From Torpedo marmorata (Eukaryota), in NCBI GenBank assembly GCA_977017645.1, contig OZ360220.1:87978001-88042000 (forward strand): DNA of 64,000 nucleotides, written 5' to 3'. Positions 26,001-39,334 of this stretch are shown piece by piece; position 1 is the first letter of the stretch, and each line of letters opens with the position of its first letter. The notes under the pieces were generated by a model. That model worked only from the letters and a program-made list of their open reading frames with translations, was not told the origin of the DNA and ran no database searches. The translations under genes and the position numbers were made by a program.

Positions 26001-26662
26001 TGTAATAAAGAGGAGGGTTCTTTTGTACATTCTACATGGTTTTGTTCAAAGATATATGATTTTTGGTTGAAAGTTAAAAAGTTTTTAGATACAGTATTGA
26101 GAATTATATTCCCAATGGATCCTATGATATTTTTGTTTGGAGATATTAAAATAATTAGTATTAAAATGAGATTAAATATGTACCAAATATAATTTTTGCA
26201 AATTGCTTTAGCTGTTTCAAAGAAATGCATTGCTATTACATGGAAATCTGATGTAGATTTAGGGTTAGAAAGGTGGCATGCAGATCTTCGTTTATGCATA
26301 CCACTTGAAAAAATTACATATAATTTACGTAATAAATATCATTTATTTTTGAAGGTATGGAGCCCATATACAAAAACTGTGGGTTTAAGGATTTGAAGAT
26401 CTCTTGATATCGGGTCTGACTGGCGAACCTGTGTTCCACAATAAAATTAATTTATAGTTGTTTCTTTTAGAATGACATTCTCCACACTCTATTCTTTTTT
26501 CTTTCTTTTCTTTTTTTTTAGTAGAGGGGGTGGGTGGGTTAGGGAGGGGGAAGGGAGGGAGGGGAGGGTGAAAATATATCACATGTATTTTGATAATTTT
26601 GTATTTTATAAACATGTATTATCGTGTGATTTAAAATTTTAAATAAAATATTTTTTTTTAAA
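23023..26662 (+). mobile_element. L1-clade LINE B, 5'-truncated within the APE domain
   Basis: Motifs [32 protein letters not shown] and FADN, plus AATAAA and an A tail. The 16-bp TSD aatattcaaaagagaa lies at 23007-23022 and 26663-26678. Confidence 0.92.
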
Positions 26663-29600
26663 AATATTCAAAAGAGAAATTGGCCTGTAGGAAGAACAAT
26701 CAGAAAGGTCTTTATTCTTTTAAGGAATAAGAGATTGAGGCTTCATAAAAGGTATCCGGTCGTCTCCCAGCAGTCAAAGATTCAGAAAGTACCGAATCTA
26801 AATAAGGTGTCAATAAATAAGAAAAAGTCTTATAAAATTCTGCTGGGAAACCATCGGGACCGGAAACTTTACCGAGCTGCAAAGAGTTAATTGCTGCGAC
26901 TATCTCTTCAGAAGAAATAGGTTTCTCCAACAGTGACTGCTTCTCTGAAGACAATGAAGGAATATTTAATTTGTCCAAAAATTGTACTATCGAATCTGAA
27001 TCTTTAATCGATTCAGTACTATATAGTTTAGAATATTATTGACAAAAGACTTCATTTATCTCACCATGGTCAGTAGTAATCACTCCGTCATCTTTACGAA
27101 TTTCTATAATGAGCCGTTTAGCTGTGTAGTTTCTAATTTGGCTAGCTAAGAGTTTCCCATCCTTATCCCCATGTATTTAAAAATTAGATTTACTTTTTAA
27201 AAGTTGGGTCTGAATAGGATAAGTAAGAAGTAAATCATGTCTAGTTTTAAGTTCAACCCTTTTTTTAAACAACTCAGGTTTAGGAGTTAAGGCATATTGT
27301 TGGTCAATAGATTTCAATTGGTTAGCCAGTTCATCTCTCTTTAAGTTAGCACTCTTTTTTACTTTAGCCATGAAATAAATTATTTGGCCTCTAATGTATG
27401 CTTTAAAGGAATCCCAGATAACCAAATCAGAGACCTCAGAAGAGGAATTTACATTAAAAAAAGGCAATTTGATCTTTCATAAATTTCAAAAAGTCAGGGT
27501 CAGACAACAAGATAGGATTCAAACACCATTGTTTCGTGGTTCAGGGTAAATCTGGGATATTAATAGATAAAACCACCGGGGAATGATCTGAAATTATTAC
27601 ACTCTCATATTTACAAGAATCAACAAGTGGAATTAATTGTTGGTCTGCGAGAAAATAGTCAATCTGTGAATAAGTATGATGTACATTAGAGAAAAAAGAA
27701 AATTCCTTATCATTAGGATGGAGAAATCTCCAAACGTCTATAATACCTAATTTTAGCATAAATGAGTTGATAAGTACAGCAGACTTATTTAAAGTAACAA
27801 TTTTGGGAGATGAACGATCAAGCACAGGATCTAGCCAACAATTTAAATTGCCTCCTACAATCAAAGAATATAAATTTAAGTCCGGTAAAAGAGAGAAAAG
27901 ACGTTCAAAAAAGTTTGGATCTTCAATATTGCAGCCATAAACATTAACAAAAACAAACAATTTATTGTAAAGTTTGCCGGACAAAATTAAAAAACATCCA
28001 TTAGTGTCAGCGATAATGTTATGTTTAATGAATGGAACAGATTGATCAATCAAAATTGATACACTGCTAGACTTAGCCATAAATGATGAGTGGAAGTGCT
28101 GTCCCTCCAAAAAATTAAAAAACGAGAGGTATCAGATAAACGCAGATGGGTTTCTTGTAAGAAAATTATCCCAGGTTGAAACTTTTTAACATGTGAAAAA
28201 TCTTTACGACGTTTAACCGGATGATTCAAACCCGAGATATTCCAAGAGATTACCTTAAGACCTATAGCCATCTAATCAATTCAAAATCAATAATATAATG
28301 AAAAAAATCAAAATCAATAAGATATTAATTAATAAGCTGATAGAACTCTCAAAGTATTATGGCATACCCACTCAAAAACAATCAACATAACTTCACCTAC
28401 CAAACCCAAGCTAACCTTATAAATCACTCCCCCCTCCCAATTCACCCAAACTGTCCTTGACAGTATGCTAATAAACAAAATAATTACCCCCCAAATCTCA
28501 CTGTTGGCAGCACTCCCAGAAAAAGAAGTTAAAGAATAAGCCAGATTCCCACAATTGTTAGGCATGTTATGACCAGAAAAGACAAGTAGACCCGAAATGA
28601 AGGACAATAAAGGAACAGATGTTATGTTATAGTTAGAAAGAAATCCAGAAACCAAACTTAAGATGATTAATTAATTCAAAAAGAGAGAATATTACTTTAA
28701 TAATCCTATAAAGGAAAGAAAGAATTAAACAAAGGAATTTTAAAAAAAACAGACTCCACTCCCTTTATAGAAAGAGACACAAGAAAGGAAAAGGCTAAGC
28801 AGAACCCACATTAAGCTGAAAAGAAGTAATTAACACCACGGCACAATTAAAAAATACAAATAAATGTTAAAGAGAACTTAACTGAAACAAACACCGCGGT
28901 AAATAGAATGCCCAGATAATAAATAACCCACAACTTTCATAACAAAACAAGGAGAAAAATATTACATCCCAACTCCTATACTCAATACTTTGATTTATAA
29001 AGGCTAAGTTGCCAAAAGCTTTCTTTACAACCCTATCCACCTGTGACGCCACCTTCAGGGAACAATGTATCTGTATTCCCAGACCTCTCTGCTCCTCCCC
29101 ACTCCTCAGTGCATTTACTGTATACGTCCTACCTTGGTTTGCCCTTCCAAAATGCATCACCTCACACTTGTCTGCATTAAACTCCATCTGCCATTTTTTG
29201 GCCCATTCTCCCAGCTGGTCCAGATCCCTCTGCATGCTTTGAAAATCTTCCTCGCTGTCCACAACACCTCCTATCTTTGTGTCATCAGCAAACTTGCTGA
29301 TCCAATTTACCACATTATCATCCAGATCATTGCTATAGGCAACAAACAACAATGGTCTCAACACAGATCCCTAAGGCACACCACTAGTCACAGGCCTCCA
29401 GTCTGAGAAGCAACCATCCACTACCACTCTCTGTTTTCTCCCACACAGCCAATTACTAATCCAGTTTACAACCTCTCCATGGATACCTAGTGTCATAACC
29501 TTCTGAACTAATCCCCCATGTGGGACCTTGTCAAAGGCTTTACTAAAGTCCATGTAGACAACATCCACAGCCTTTCCTACATCTACCTTCTTGGTAACCT

Positions 29601-30115
29601 CCTTGAAAAACTATACAAGATTTGTTAAACACAACCTACCACGCACAAAGTCATGCTGACTGTTCTTAATCAGCCCATGACTGTCCAAATACCTATATAT
29701 CCTATCTCTCAGAACTCCTTCCAATAATTTACCTACTACTGACGTCAGGCTCACAGGCCATAATTACCTGGTTTATTTTTGGAGCCTTTTTTAAACAACG
29801 AGACAACATGAGCTACCCTCCAATCCTTTGGCACCTCACCTGTGGCTAAGGACATTTTGAATATATCAGCCAGGTCCTCTGCAATTTCTACACTAGTCTC
29901 CCTCAAGGTCCAAAGGAGTATCATATCCAGCCCGGGTGTTTTATCTACCTTTATTTCCTGTAAGGCAGCAAGCACTTCTTCCTCCTTAATCTCCATATGT
30001 TCCATGACACTTCTGTTTGTTTCCCTTCCTTCCATATGAACTATGCCAGATTCCTGAGTAAATACTGATGCAAAAAAACTGTTTAAAACCTCCCCCATTA
30101 CGTGAGGCTCCACAC

Positions 30116-31030
30116 ATAGACACTTTTATCTTGAAGTTATGCCCCCTTGCCCTAGAATCCCCTACCATGGGAAACATCCTTGCCGCACCTACTCTGTCCA
30201 GACCTTTCAGCATTCGAAATGCCTCTGAGGTCCCCCCTCATCCTTCTGTACTCAAACGAGTACGGTTCAAGAGCTGACAATCGTTCCTCATATGCTAACC
30301 CTTTCATTCCTGCTATCATTCCAGTAAATCTTCTTTGAACCCTCTCCAATGCCAGCACGTCTTTTCTCAAATAAGGCACCCAAAACTGTACACAGTACAC
30401 CAAGTGAGGTCTCACCAGTGCTTTAGAGAGTCTCAATATTACACCCCTGCTCTTGTATGCTATTCCTCTAGAAATGAATGCCAACATTGCATTCACCTTC
30501 TTCACCACCAACTCAACCTGGAGCTTGACCTTTAGGGTATCCTGCACGAGGACACCCAAGTCCTTTTGAACCTCGGATTTTTGAATTTTCTCCCCACCCA
30601 AATAATAGTCTGCTCGTCTATTTCTTCTACCAAAGTGCATGACTGTACACTTTCCAACATTGTATTTCATCTGCTACCTCTTTGCCCATTCTCCTAATCT
30701 ATCCAGGTCTCTCCACAGCCTTTCGGTATCCTCAGCACCACCCGCCCTATCACCTATTTTGGTATCATCTGCAAATTTAGCCACAAAGCATAATCCAAAT
30801 CATTTATATACAACTTAAAAAGAAGTGGACCCAACACTGACCAATGCAGAACACCACTGGTAACCGGTAGCCAACCAGAGTAGGATCCCTTTATTCCTAC
30901 TCTCTGTTTCCTGCCGATCAGCCAATGCTCTACCCATGCTAATATCCTTCCTGTAATTCCATGGGCTCTCATCGTGTTTAGCAGCCTTATGTGTGGCACC
31001 TTGTTGAAGGCCTTTTGAAAGTCCATGAAA
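30116..31030 (-). mobile_element. CR1 RT fragment (second subfamily)
   Basis: ORFs 30152-30670 and 30754-31110 carry CR1 RT and C-terminal motifs. Confidence 0.85.
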
Positions 31031-31230
31031 ACATTGGCCAGTTGGTTAGCACAGGTTTTCAGTACTTGGCCGGGTACTCCATCTGGACAAGATGCTTTTC
31101 TCAGATTCACTCTCCTGAAGGTAGCCCAAACATCATCTTTGGATACTTACAGAAGAGAATCATCAGGTGACAAGGGGGTGTGCAGTGGTTCTTCCTTGTT
31201 GTGGTGGTCAAATTGGGAGTAGAAGGCATT
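31031..31230 (-). mobile_element. Rex1/Babar ORF fragment
   Basis: Encodes NLRKASCPDGVPGQVLKTCANQLANVF. Confidence 0.7.
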
Positions 31231-31594
31231 GCAAGAGTGTTTCAGCAACAACATGAGAACAGCTGCTGCAGATATATAGGACCTTGTGCAGATAACATCT
31301 GGACTTCGGGAATTATGGTCTCCTTAAGTGAGAAAGGTTCTTCTTGCCATGGAGGGAGTACAAGAAAAATGTATTGGATTGATATCTGTGACATTAGACT
31401 GACGTCTAAGGAGATCAGTTAGATGGGGCCAAATTCACTGGAGTATAGATACTCCCTTAGACACGTATAAAACAGTGACAAGACTGGACAGACAAGATAT
31501 AGGAAGGATGTCTTTGATAGTCAAAGAACACAATCTCAGTATATAGTATATACTGAGATTCAGGAGAAATTTCTTCACCCATTCGATTTCTAAG

Positions 31595-33473
31595 AGATCG
31601 GATATACAATTATTTGGATAGTCAGGAACTGTTTAGGGATAGTCAACATGGCTTTATGCGTGGTAGGTCGTGTTTAACCAATCTTATAGAGTTTTTTCGA
31701 GGAGGTTACTAGGAAAGCTGACGAAGAAAAGGCTGTGGATGTTGCCTACATGGACTTTAGTAAGGCCTTTGACAAGGTCCCGCATGGGAGGTTAGTCAGG
31801 AATGTTCAGACGCTAGGTATTCATGGTGAAGTAGTGAACTGGATTCGACAATGGCTGGACGGGAGAAGCCAGAGAGTAATGGTAGACTGGAGGCCTGTGA
31901 CTAGTGGTGTACCTCAGGGATCAGTGCTGGGACCATTGTTGTTTGTCATCTATATCAATGATTTGGATGATAATGTGGTAAATTGGATCAGCAAGTTTGC
32001 AGTTGACACAACATTGGAGGAGTTATGGACAGCGAAGAAGGTTTTCAAAGCTTGCATAAGGATCTGGACCAGCTGGAAAATGGGCTGAAAAATGGCAGAT
32101 GGAACTTAATGCAGACAAGTGTGACGTGTTGCATTTTGGAAGGACAAACCAAGAAAGGACATTCACGGTAAATGGTAGGGCACAGAGGAGTGTGGTAGAA
32201 CAGAGGGACCTGGGAATACAGATACATAATTCCACTCATGATCAATGGTTGCGTGACATCATGTCTTGTTTGAATATGGAAAAGATTTGTTATTCAGTTA
32301 ATAATTCAGCCACGCTGTGGGGTCATTCATGACTCAATTTCTTATTTTATAATTTTACTTCAATGTAATTGAATTGTCTGATTTGTGTCTTTTCCATGTT
32401 CTTTTTTATATTTTTTACTTCCTTCATTTTTCTTTTAATGTAATCATATATAGCACCTGGCAACGCTGTTAGGGAGGGGTACTGAGTTTTCTCTCTTTTT
32501 GTTTTGTTTTTTCTTTTTTTAAACTTTTTTTTTCTTTTTTTCTTCTATCTTTTCCTTTTTTCTCTTTCTCTCTCTCTTTTTTTTCTTTTTTTCACTATTA
32601 CCGGTAGTTCCTTTTTTTAATAAAAATATTATCTGGATTACGAATTATGAATATGTTTTACAATTTACATTTGTTTTTGACATACTGATTGTTTTATTAA
32701 TTATGTGTAAATATTCATATCATCTTATTGTATTTTATTATTATTATGTTCTTTATTAAAATCAATAAAAATATTTTAAAAAGAAAGAAAAAAGCAAATG
32801 ACATCACAGGTGGATAGGGTTGTAAAGAGAGCTTTTAGCATATTGACCTTCATAAATCAAAGTATTGAGGACAGGAGTTGGGATGTTATGGTCAAGTTGT
32901 ATAAGACATTGGTGAGGCCAAATTTGGAGTATTGTGTGCAGTTTTGGTCACTTAACTACAGGAAAGATATCAATAAGATAGAAAGAGTGCAGAGAAGATT
33001 TACTTGGATGTTGCCCGGACTTCAAGAACTGAGTTACAGGGAAAGATTAAACAGGTTAGGACTTTATTCCCTGGAGCGTAGAAGAATCAGGGGAGATTTA
33101 ACAGATATATTTAAAATTATGAGGTGGATAGACAGAGTAAATGTAGATAGGATTTTTCCACTGAGGGTAGGTGAGATACAAACCAGAGGACATGGGTTAA
33201 GGGTGAAAGGGGAAAAGTTTAGGGGGAATATGAGGGGGAACTTCTTCACACAGAGAGTGGTGGGAGTGTGGAACGAGCTGCCATCTGAAGTGGTGAATGC
33301 GGGCTCAATTTTAACATTTGAGAAGAATTTGGACAGGTACATGGATGGGAGAGATATGGAGGGCTCTGGACTGGGTGCAGGTCAGTGTGACGATGCAAAA
33401 AAACAAAAACGGTTGGGCACAGACTAGAAGGGCCAAAGGGGCCTGTTTCTGTGCTGTAAGGTTCTATGGTTCT
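31595..33473 (+). mobile_element. 5'-truncated CR1 (same family as 479-4835), interrupted by an L1 3' end
   Basis: High identity to 3500-4835, with a break at 32235/32796. Confidence 0.9.
32236..32795 (+). mobile_element. L1 3' end fragment
   Basis: Encodes THDQWLRDIMSCLNMEKI, followed by a T-rich 3' UTR, AATAAA at about 32764, and an A-rich tail. Confidence 0.75.
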
Positions 33474-33824
33474 GAAAGTGATGATCTTGTGGAGTTCACT
33501 ACCACAGAAGGCAGTAGAGGCCGTTGTTAAATATTCCACAAATATTTTGTAATTCCAAAGGGAACAAGGGTTATGAGAAGAGAGCAGGAACAGAGTACAG
33601 TAATGGATGATTTAGCACAATCAAACTGAATGATGGGATAGACCCAAATGGCCAACTGCTTTGCACCTATTTTCTCCCCATTTTTCTATGTTTAGGGAAA
33701 ATGGGCAGGACAGTTGCTACAGATTATCTAACCTCTGATCAACTCTTGTAGCCACAGTATGTATGTGAGCAGCTCACACTGATTTCTGGTCATTAGTGAC
33801 CTCAGGATGCTGATGGTGAGGATT

Positions 33825-34170
33825 CAGATTTCAGATTTATTTCTAGTCAGAGTACATAAATGACATCACATACAACCCTGAGATTCCTTTTTCCTGTGGG
33901 CGCGGCAGAATTACCATTAATTGGTAGTGCAAAAAATAAACTGTACATAGTGTAAAACATGTAAACAACCAAAGAACTGTAAACAAACACTGTGCAATAC
34001 AGAGAGAACAAAAAGAAAATCTATGTGCACAAGTAAGAGTCCTTAAATGAGTCTCTGATTGAGTTTGTCGTTGAGGAGTCTGATGGTGGAGGGGTAGCAG
34101 CTGTTCCTGAACCTGGTGGTATGAGTCTTATGGCATCTATACCTCTTTCCTGATGGCAGCAGCCATCAAT
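33825..34170 (-). mobile_element. Rex1/Babar LINE 3' end
   Basis: Reverse of ...LPSGKRYR...NSCYPSTIRLLN plus the tail. Confidence 0.7.
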
Positions 34171-34254
34171 ATTGGTAATGCTGCTGAATGTCTCGAGGGA
34201 TTCTCTCTGGCTGGAGGTGATCAGTGCTTTGAATTGATGGGGCAAAAGGTCAGA

Positions 34255-36230
34255 CCATAAATCCATAAGACCATAAGATATAGGAACAGAAAGAGGCCAA
34301 TGAACTCCACTCTGCCATTCCATCATGAGCTGATCTATTCTCCCACTCATCTCCTGCCTTCTCCCCATAATCTTTGATACCCTGGAGATTCAGATACCTA
34401 TCAATCTCTGCCTTTAATATTCCCATCTACTTGACCTCCATAGCCACCCATGGTAGCAACTTGCAGAGGTTCACCATTTTTTGGTTCTGTTGTAAATGGG
34501 CACCCTTCAATCCTGAAGTTGTGTCCTCTTGTCCTGTTCTTCCTTATCATGGGAGACAACTTTGCCACATTTACTCTATCCAGGCCTTTCAACATTTGAA
34601 ATGCTTCTATGAAGTCCCCCCTCATTTTACTGAACTCCAAGGAGTACAGTACAAGAGCCATCAAACATTCCTCATATGCTAATCCCTTCATTAAAGGATT
34701 CATTCTTGTGAATCTTTTCTGAACCCTCTCTAATGTCAGCACATAATTTCTTAAATAAGGATCCCAAAACTGTACTCCGTATTCCGTGCTGCCTCACCAG
34801 TGTCTTATAAAGCCTCAAAATCACATCCCTGATCTTATATCCTATTCTTCTAGATATGAATGCCAACAATGCATTCACCTTCTTCACCACTGACTCAACC
34901 TGGAGGTTAACCTTTAGGGTATCCTGCACGAGGACGCTGAAATTTTGAATTTTCTCCCCATCCAAATAATAGTCTGCCCTTTTATTCCTTCTACCAAAGT
35001 GCATGACCATACACTTTACAACTTTATATTTCATTTGCCACTTCATTGTCAATTCTTCTAATCTACCTAAGACTCTCTGCAGCCTCTCCATTTCCTCCCC
35101 ACTACCTGCCCCATCCACCTATCTTTTTATCATCTGCAAACTTAGCCACAAAGACATTTACTCCACAATCCAAATAATTAACATGCAATGTAAAAAGAAG
35201 TGGCCCCAACAGTGAACCCTGTGGAACACCACGGGTAAGCTGTAGCCAACCACAATAAGATCTCTTTATTCCAACTTTCTGTTTCCTGCGATCAGTCAAT
35301 GCTCTACCCATGCTAGTATCTTTCCTGTAATTCCATGGGCTGTCATCTTGTGAAGCACCCTCATGAGCAGCACATTGTTAAGTACTTTTGAAAATCCAAA
35401 TATACAACATCCACTGCATGTCCTTTGTCTAGCCTGCTTGTGGTTTCCTCAAAAAATTGCAGTAGGCTTGTCAGTCAAGATTTTTCCTTAAGGAAACCAT
35501 GCTGACTTTGGCCTATCTTGTCATGCACCCCATAACCTCATCCTTGACAATCGACTTCAACAACTTCCCAACCACCGATGTTAGGCTAACAGGTCTATAA
35601 TTTCCTTTATGCTGCCTACCTCCCTTTTAAATAGCGAAGTGACCTTGGCAATTTTCCAGTCCTCCCGAACCATGCAAGAATCTATTAATTCTTGGAAGAT
35701 CATTAGCAATGCCTCTACAATGTCTATATCTACTTCTTTCAGAACCCAAGGGTGCATTCCATATGGTCCGGGAAACTTATCTTCCCTTAGACCATTCAGC
35801 TTCCCAAGCACCCTCTTCTCTGGTGATCGTGACTGTACTTACCTCTCTTTCCTGGCTCCCTTGAAAGTCTGGTATACTGCTAATGTCTTCCACAGTGAAG
35901 AATGATGCAAAATACTCATTCAGTTCCTCTGCCATCTCCCTGTCTCCCATTACAATTTCTCCAGCATCATTTGCTATCGGTTCAATATCTACTCTCGCCT
36001 CTTTTTTTACTCTTAATATACTTAAAACACTTTTAGTATCCTTTTTGATATTATTTGCTAGCTTCCTTTCAAAGCTTATCTTTTCCTTCCTAATGACCTT
36101 CTTAGTTGCCTTTTGTATGCTTTAAAAAGCTTCCCAGTCCTTTAACTTCCCACTAAGTTTTGCTTCCATGTATGCCCTTTCTTTTGCTTTTAATTTGGCT
36201 TTGACTTCTCTTGTTATCCCACAGTTGTGT
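34255..36230 (-). mobile_element. Degenerate CR1 LINE
   Basis: Minus-strand ORFs 34401-35811 carry CR1 RT motifs (GVPQGS, FADD). Confidence 0.85.
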
Positions 36231-36357
36231 CCAGTATGGCATTAAGGCTTCAAACAGTTTGGTTCCACCTCCTGCAGTTGCCAAGGCATGAAATGTAGCC
36301 AATGATTAAGGAACGGTTCTGGCAAAGCGTTTCGACCTGTAATGGTTTCCCAGTTAC

Positions 36358-37070
36358 TGGATAAGTGTGAAGTGATGGATTTTGGAAGGTCAAACGTGAG
36401 GGTGGAATACATGGTTAATGGCAGGTTTCTTAACAATTTGAAAGAACAGAGGGACCTCAGGGTCGAAAACCATAAATCTCTCAAGGTGGCCGTGCAGGCT
36501 TATAGGGTAGTTAAGAAGGCTTATGGAATGCTGGTCTTTATAAGTCAGGGGTTTGAGTTCAAGAGTCATGAGGTAATGTTGCAGCTCTATAAAACTCTGG
36601 TTAGGAGAGGGTGCAGAAGAGATTTACCTCGATGTTGCCTGGATTGGAGAACGTGTCTTATGAGTCAAGGTTAACAGAGCTAGGGCTTTTCTCTTTGGAG
36701 TAAAGAAGGATATGAGGTTTCTTAATAGAGGTCTACAAAATTATGGACGCATAGATAGACAGCATGCACCTTTTTCCCAGGGTGACAGTAGCAAATACCA
36801 GAGGACATCTGTACAAGGTGAGGGGAAGAAAGTTTAGGGGAGACATCAAAGGTTTGGTTTTTTACACAGAGCCTGGAATGCATTGCCAGGTGTTGTGGTG
36901 GAGGCTGGTACAATAGGGACATTTAAAACCCTCTAGACAGGCACATGGATGCAAGAAAATAGAGGGTTATGGGTGTGAGGTGGGGAAGGCTTCAATTGTT
37001 GAGTAGGTTGATGGAGGTACAACATCATGGGCCAAAGGGCCTGTACTGTGATGTAATGTTCTATGTTCTC
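36358..37070 (+). mobile_element. CR1 3' fragment
   Basis: Encodes KCEVMDFGRSN...LYKTLVR and has the tail aatgttctatgttct. Confidence 0.8.
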
Positions 37071-37390
37071 TTTCTACAGTTGCTGTTTACTCTGCTGAGT
37101 GTTTCCAGCATTTTTTAATTTAATTTAATTTTTTTTGGCTAAGGAAGAGTTTGTGGCAATTGCAAAAAAGGAGAAATCTCTTCATTCATAGCTGTTAGAA
37201 TATGGAAGTGGTTATAGTAAAAATTGCCATTAGATGTGTTCAGAAGGAAGCCAGTAAGTGCAGGAGAGAAATAGGTCAGGAAAATACCCTGGAAGGTATG
37301 GTGGAGATGTATGTGTTGAATCAATGCTAAAAAGGGTATTTGGGTCAAATGGCGCATTTCTGTCATGCCATTTCATTTAACATTCATCTC

Positions 37391-37642
37391 TTTACAGCAC
37401 CAATAGCCTGAATACGACTGGGATTGGCTGATCTTGGAAGCTAAGCAGGCACAGGACTGGTCAGTACTTGGAGGGGAGACCGCCTAGGAACACCAGGTGC
37501 TGTAGGTTTCTGTGAGGGGCGCTGGACAAAGTAGCGACTCTCTGTCTGCCTTACTGTAGACAAAAATGAAAGAATTTCATGTATGTTACATTCTAAATGT
37601 ATTATTACGTGACAATAATGGAACCTTTACCTTTTACCTTTT
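37391..37642 (+). mobile_element. 5S rRNA-derived SINE, copy 2
   Basis: ctgatcttggaagctaagcagg...gtacttggaggggagaccgcctaggaacaccaggtgctgtaggttt matches vertebrate 5S rRNA. The body and (tttacc)n tail are shared with 3025-3273. Confidence 0.85.
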
Positions 37643-37680
37643 CTTCCAACAGCTGATCAGAAAAGCCGAGTAACCCATGG

Positions 37681-38172
37681 CAGGGGTGCAGTGCTGCCGG
37701 AGCTCGCCAGAGCTGCACTCCGGCACCTCACAGGCCTGCTCAGGGCGGCGGAGGTGACACAATGCGGGATCAATGGCCGTCTTAACTACCCATAATCCCC
37801 CACGCAGCTGGAATCTCTCTGCCAGCGCCAGCTCCTGGGAAATGCGAATGCCTGTCGCCGAGGTCGCCCCCCTCCCCCCCTCAGCCTCCCCTCGCCCCCT
37901 CTCGCCCCTCGCACCCCCTCACCCCTCGCCCCCCCTCGCCTCGCCCCCCCCTCGCCTCGACCCCCTCGCCCCCCCTCCCCCGCTGAGCGCTATTTTCTAT
38001 TCTGGTCATGTTTCGTCCACGACCGGTCGTCCTACTTCGGAATCCTACAGTTCGCTGTCAATTATACAGCGCCAAATACATCATGGCGGCCACCAAGGCC
38101 AGGTCTCGCGAGACCTCCTTGTCGTCATTTTTGGTGAGCTCCGGCACCTAAAAATTTAGCACTGCACCCCTG
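37681..38172. mobile_element. hAT-superfamily MITE (492 bp)
   Basis: 15-bp TIRs caggggtgcagtgct and an 8-bp TSD acccatgg (37673-80 / 38173-80). Confidence 0.92.
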
Positions 38173-39202
38173 ACCCATGGTAAGCTGATTCAATTTAATT
38201 ATCCCAAAATATCAGCAATTTGACAATATTCTGTTCTTATTTATTCTATAACCTTCTTCATAGTGAAATAATTGTTCATTTTTCCAAATTTATATGCAGC
38301 TAGAATAAAAAATAGGAAATAAAAATGTCTTACTCCAGACACTGAACTGAGCCACTCATTTGGTAACATTAAAAAAAAAGGCTATTGCATTTTTGTGGTC
38401 ACTAATTCAAAACCTCTCCTCAGGGAGTACTGAGACTGTCCTCAATGCCTCATGATTTGGTGTGTAAATGTATAAGGTTTTAAAGCCCTTACAGATCATC
38501 TCTCCAGAAGGATGCAGAGAAATGCTTCGAAGTGCTGAATCATACCTTTTGTGCTTGGCTTCCTGAGCTCTTCAATCAAACAACAATGGAGCAGATCTTC
38601 CCCTTGGAAATATCGGTTTCTAGCACTGGCATTGATGTAAACATTGCTGCTTTCCCTGTGCTTCTCTTCATTTACTCCAAAAGGGCAGCATGAACATCCC
38701 GTGGCCTCCTAGCAATCAGGCTGGGAAATTCACCTCTGAGCTTGTGTCAGGTGAAATATGGGACATGTCCATTCAAATGAATGGGTGACAGTAGCTTCCT
38801 GAAGAAAAAGCAACTTCTGCTATTTGATTATTTATTTATTTACACAAGTTTGACTGATTTTAATGTTAATTGTGTGGGTGTTAGTTTTAGCTTTATAAAT
38901 ATAAAGATTTAAAAAAAATAAAGTATTTTTCACAATGTTTACATTTTTTAAAAATATACTGAGTAATACAGAATATCTGTGAGTGTCTCAAACATTCAAT
39001 AGCACCCAATCACATTGAACGCTTTGCCATCCTGTGAATCTAGGGTTGGAGCCTAATTGGCTGATATCAGATCCTGCTTATACTGCAGGGGAAACAAGCA
39101 CATGGGCAGATGGCTAACAATCTATGAGATAACAAAAGATTTGTGTCCATGGGACTGGAGCTGATGTCCGAATATTGACATGCTGATTTATTTTTTGTGT
39201 TT

Positions 39203-39334
39203 CAGTGGTATTCAAACTTTTTCTTTCCACTCACATTCCACCTTAAGCAATCCCTATGCCATAGGTGCTCTGTGATTAGTAAGGGATTACTTAAGGTGGT
39301 ATGTGAGTGGAAAGAAAAAGTTTGAAAACCACTG
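39203..39334. mobile_element. hAT-Charlie-like palindromic MITE (132 bp)
   Basis: Near-perfect inverted arms of about 53 bp starting cagtgg and ending ccactg. The right flank gtctagat fits the Charlie NTCTAGAN target consensus; the left TSD is not retained. Confidence 0.8.

Larger units (their letters stand above)
18691..28963 (-). mobile_element. L1-clade LINE A (ORF2 plus upstream spacer, no ORF1), hosting three nested elements
   Basis: ORF2 starts at 28271 (ISWNISGLNHPVKRRK), with APE (SDH), RT (SGPDGF, RQGCPL, YADD) and a C-terminal Cys/His motif (CDRC...HMFWSC). AATAAA is at 18703-08. The element is flanked by the 14-bp TSD. Confidence 0.9.
18097..30115 (-). mobile_element. CR1 LINE (3' part 18097-18690, 5' part 28978-30115) split by an L1 insertion
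   Basis: The two halves join as ...QSIEYRSWDV|MLKLYKTLVRP. The 14-bp TSD acatcccaactcct lies at 18677-18690 and 28964-28977. Confidence 0.9.

Noticed and set aside
37391-37510. Functional 5S rRNA gene
   Set aside because: The 5' third is diverged, there is no T4 terminator directly after the 5S part, and both dispersed copies share a SINE-like body and tail.
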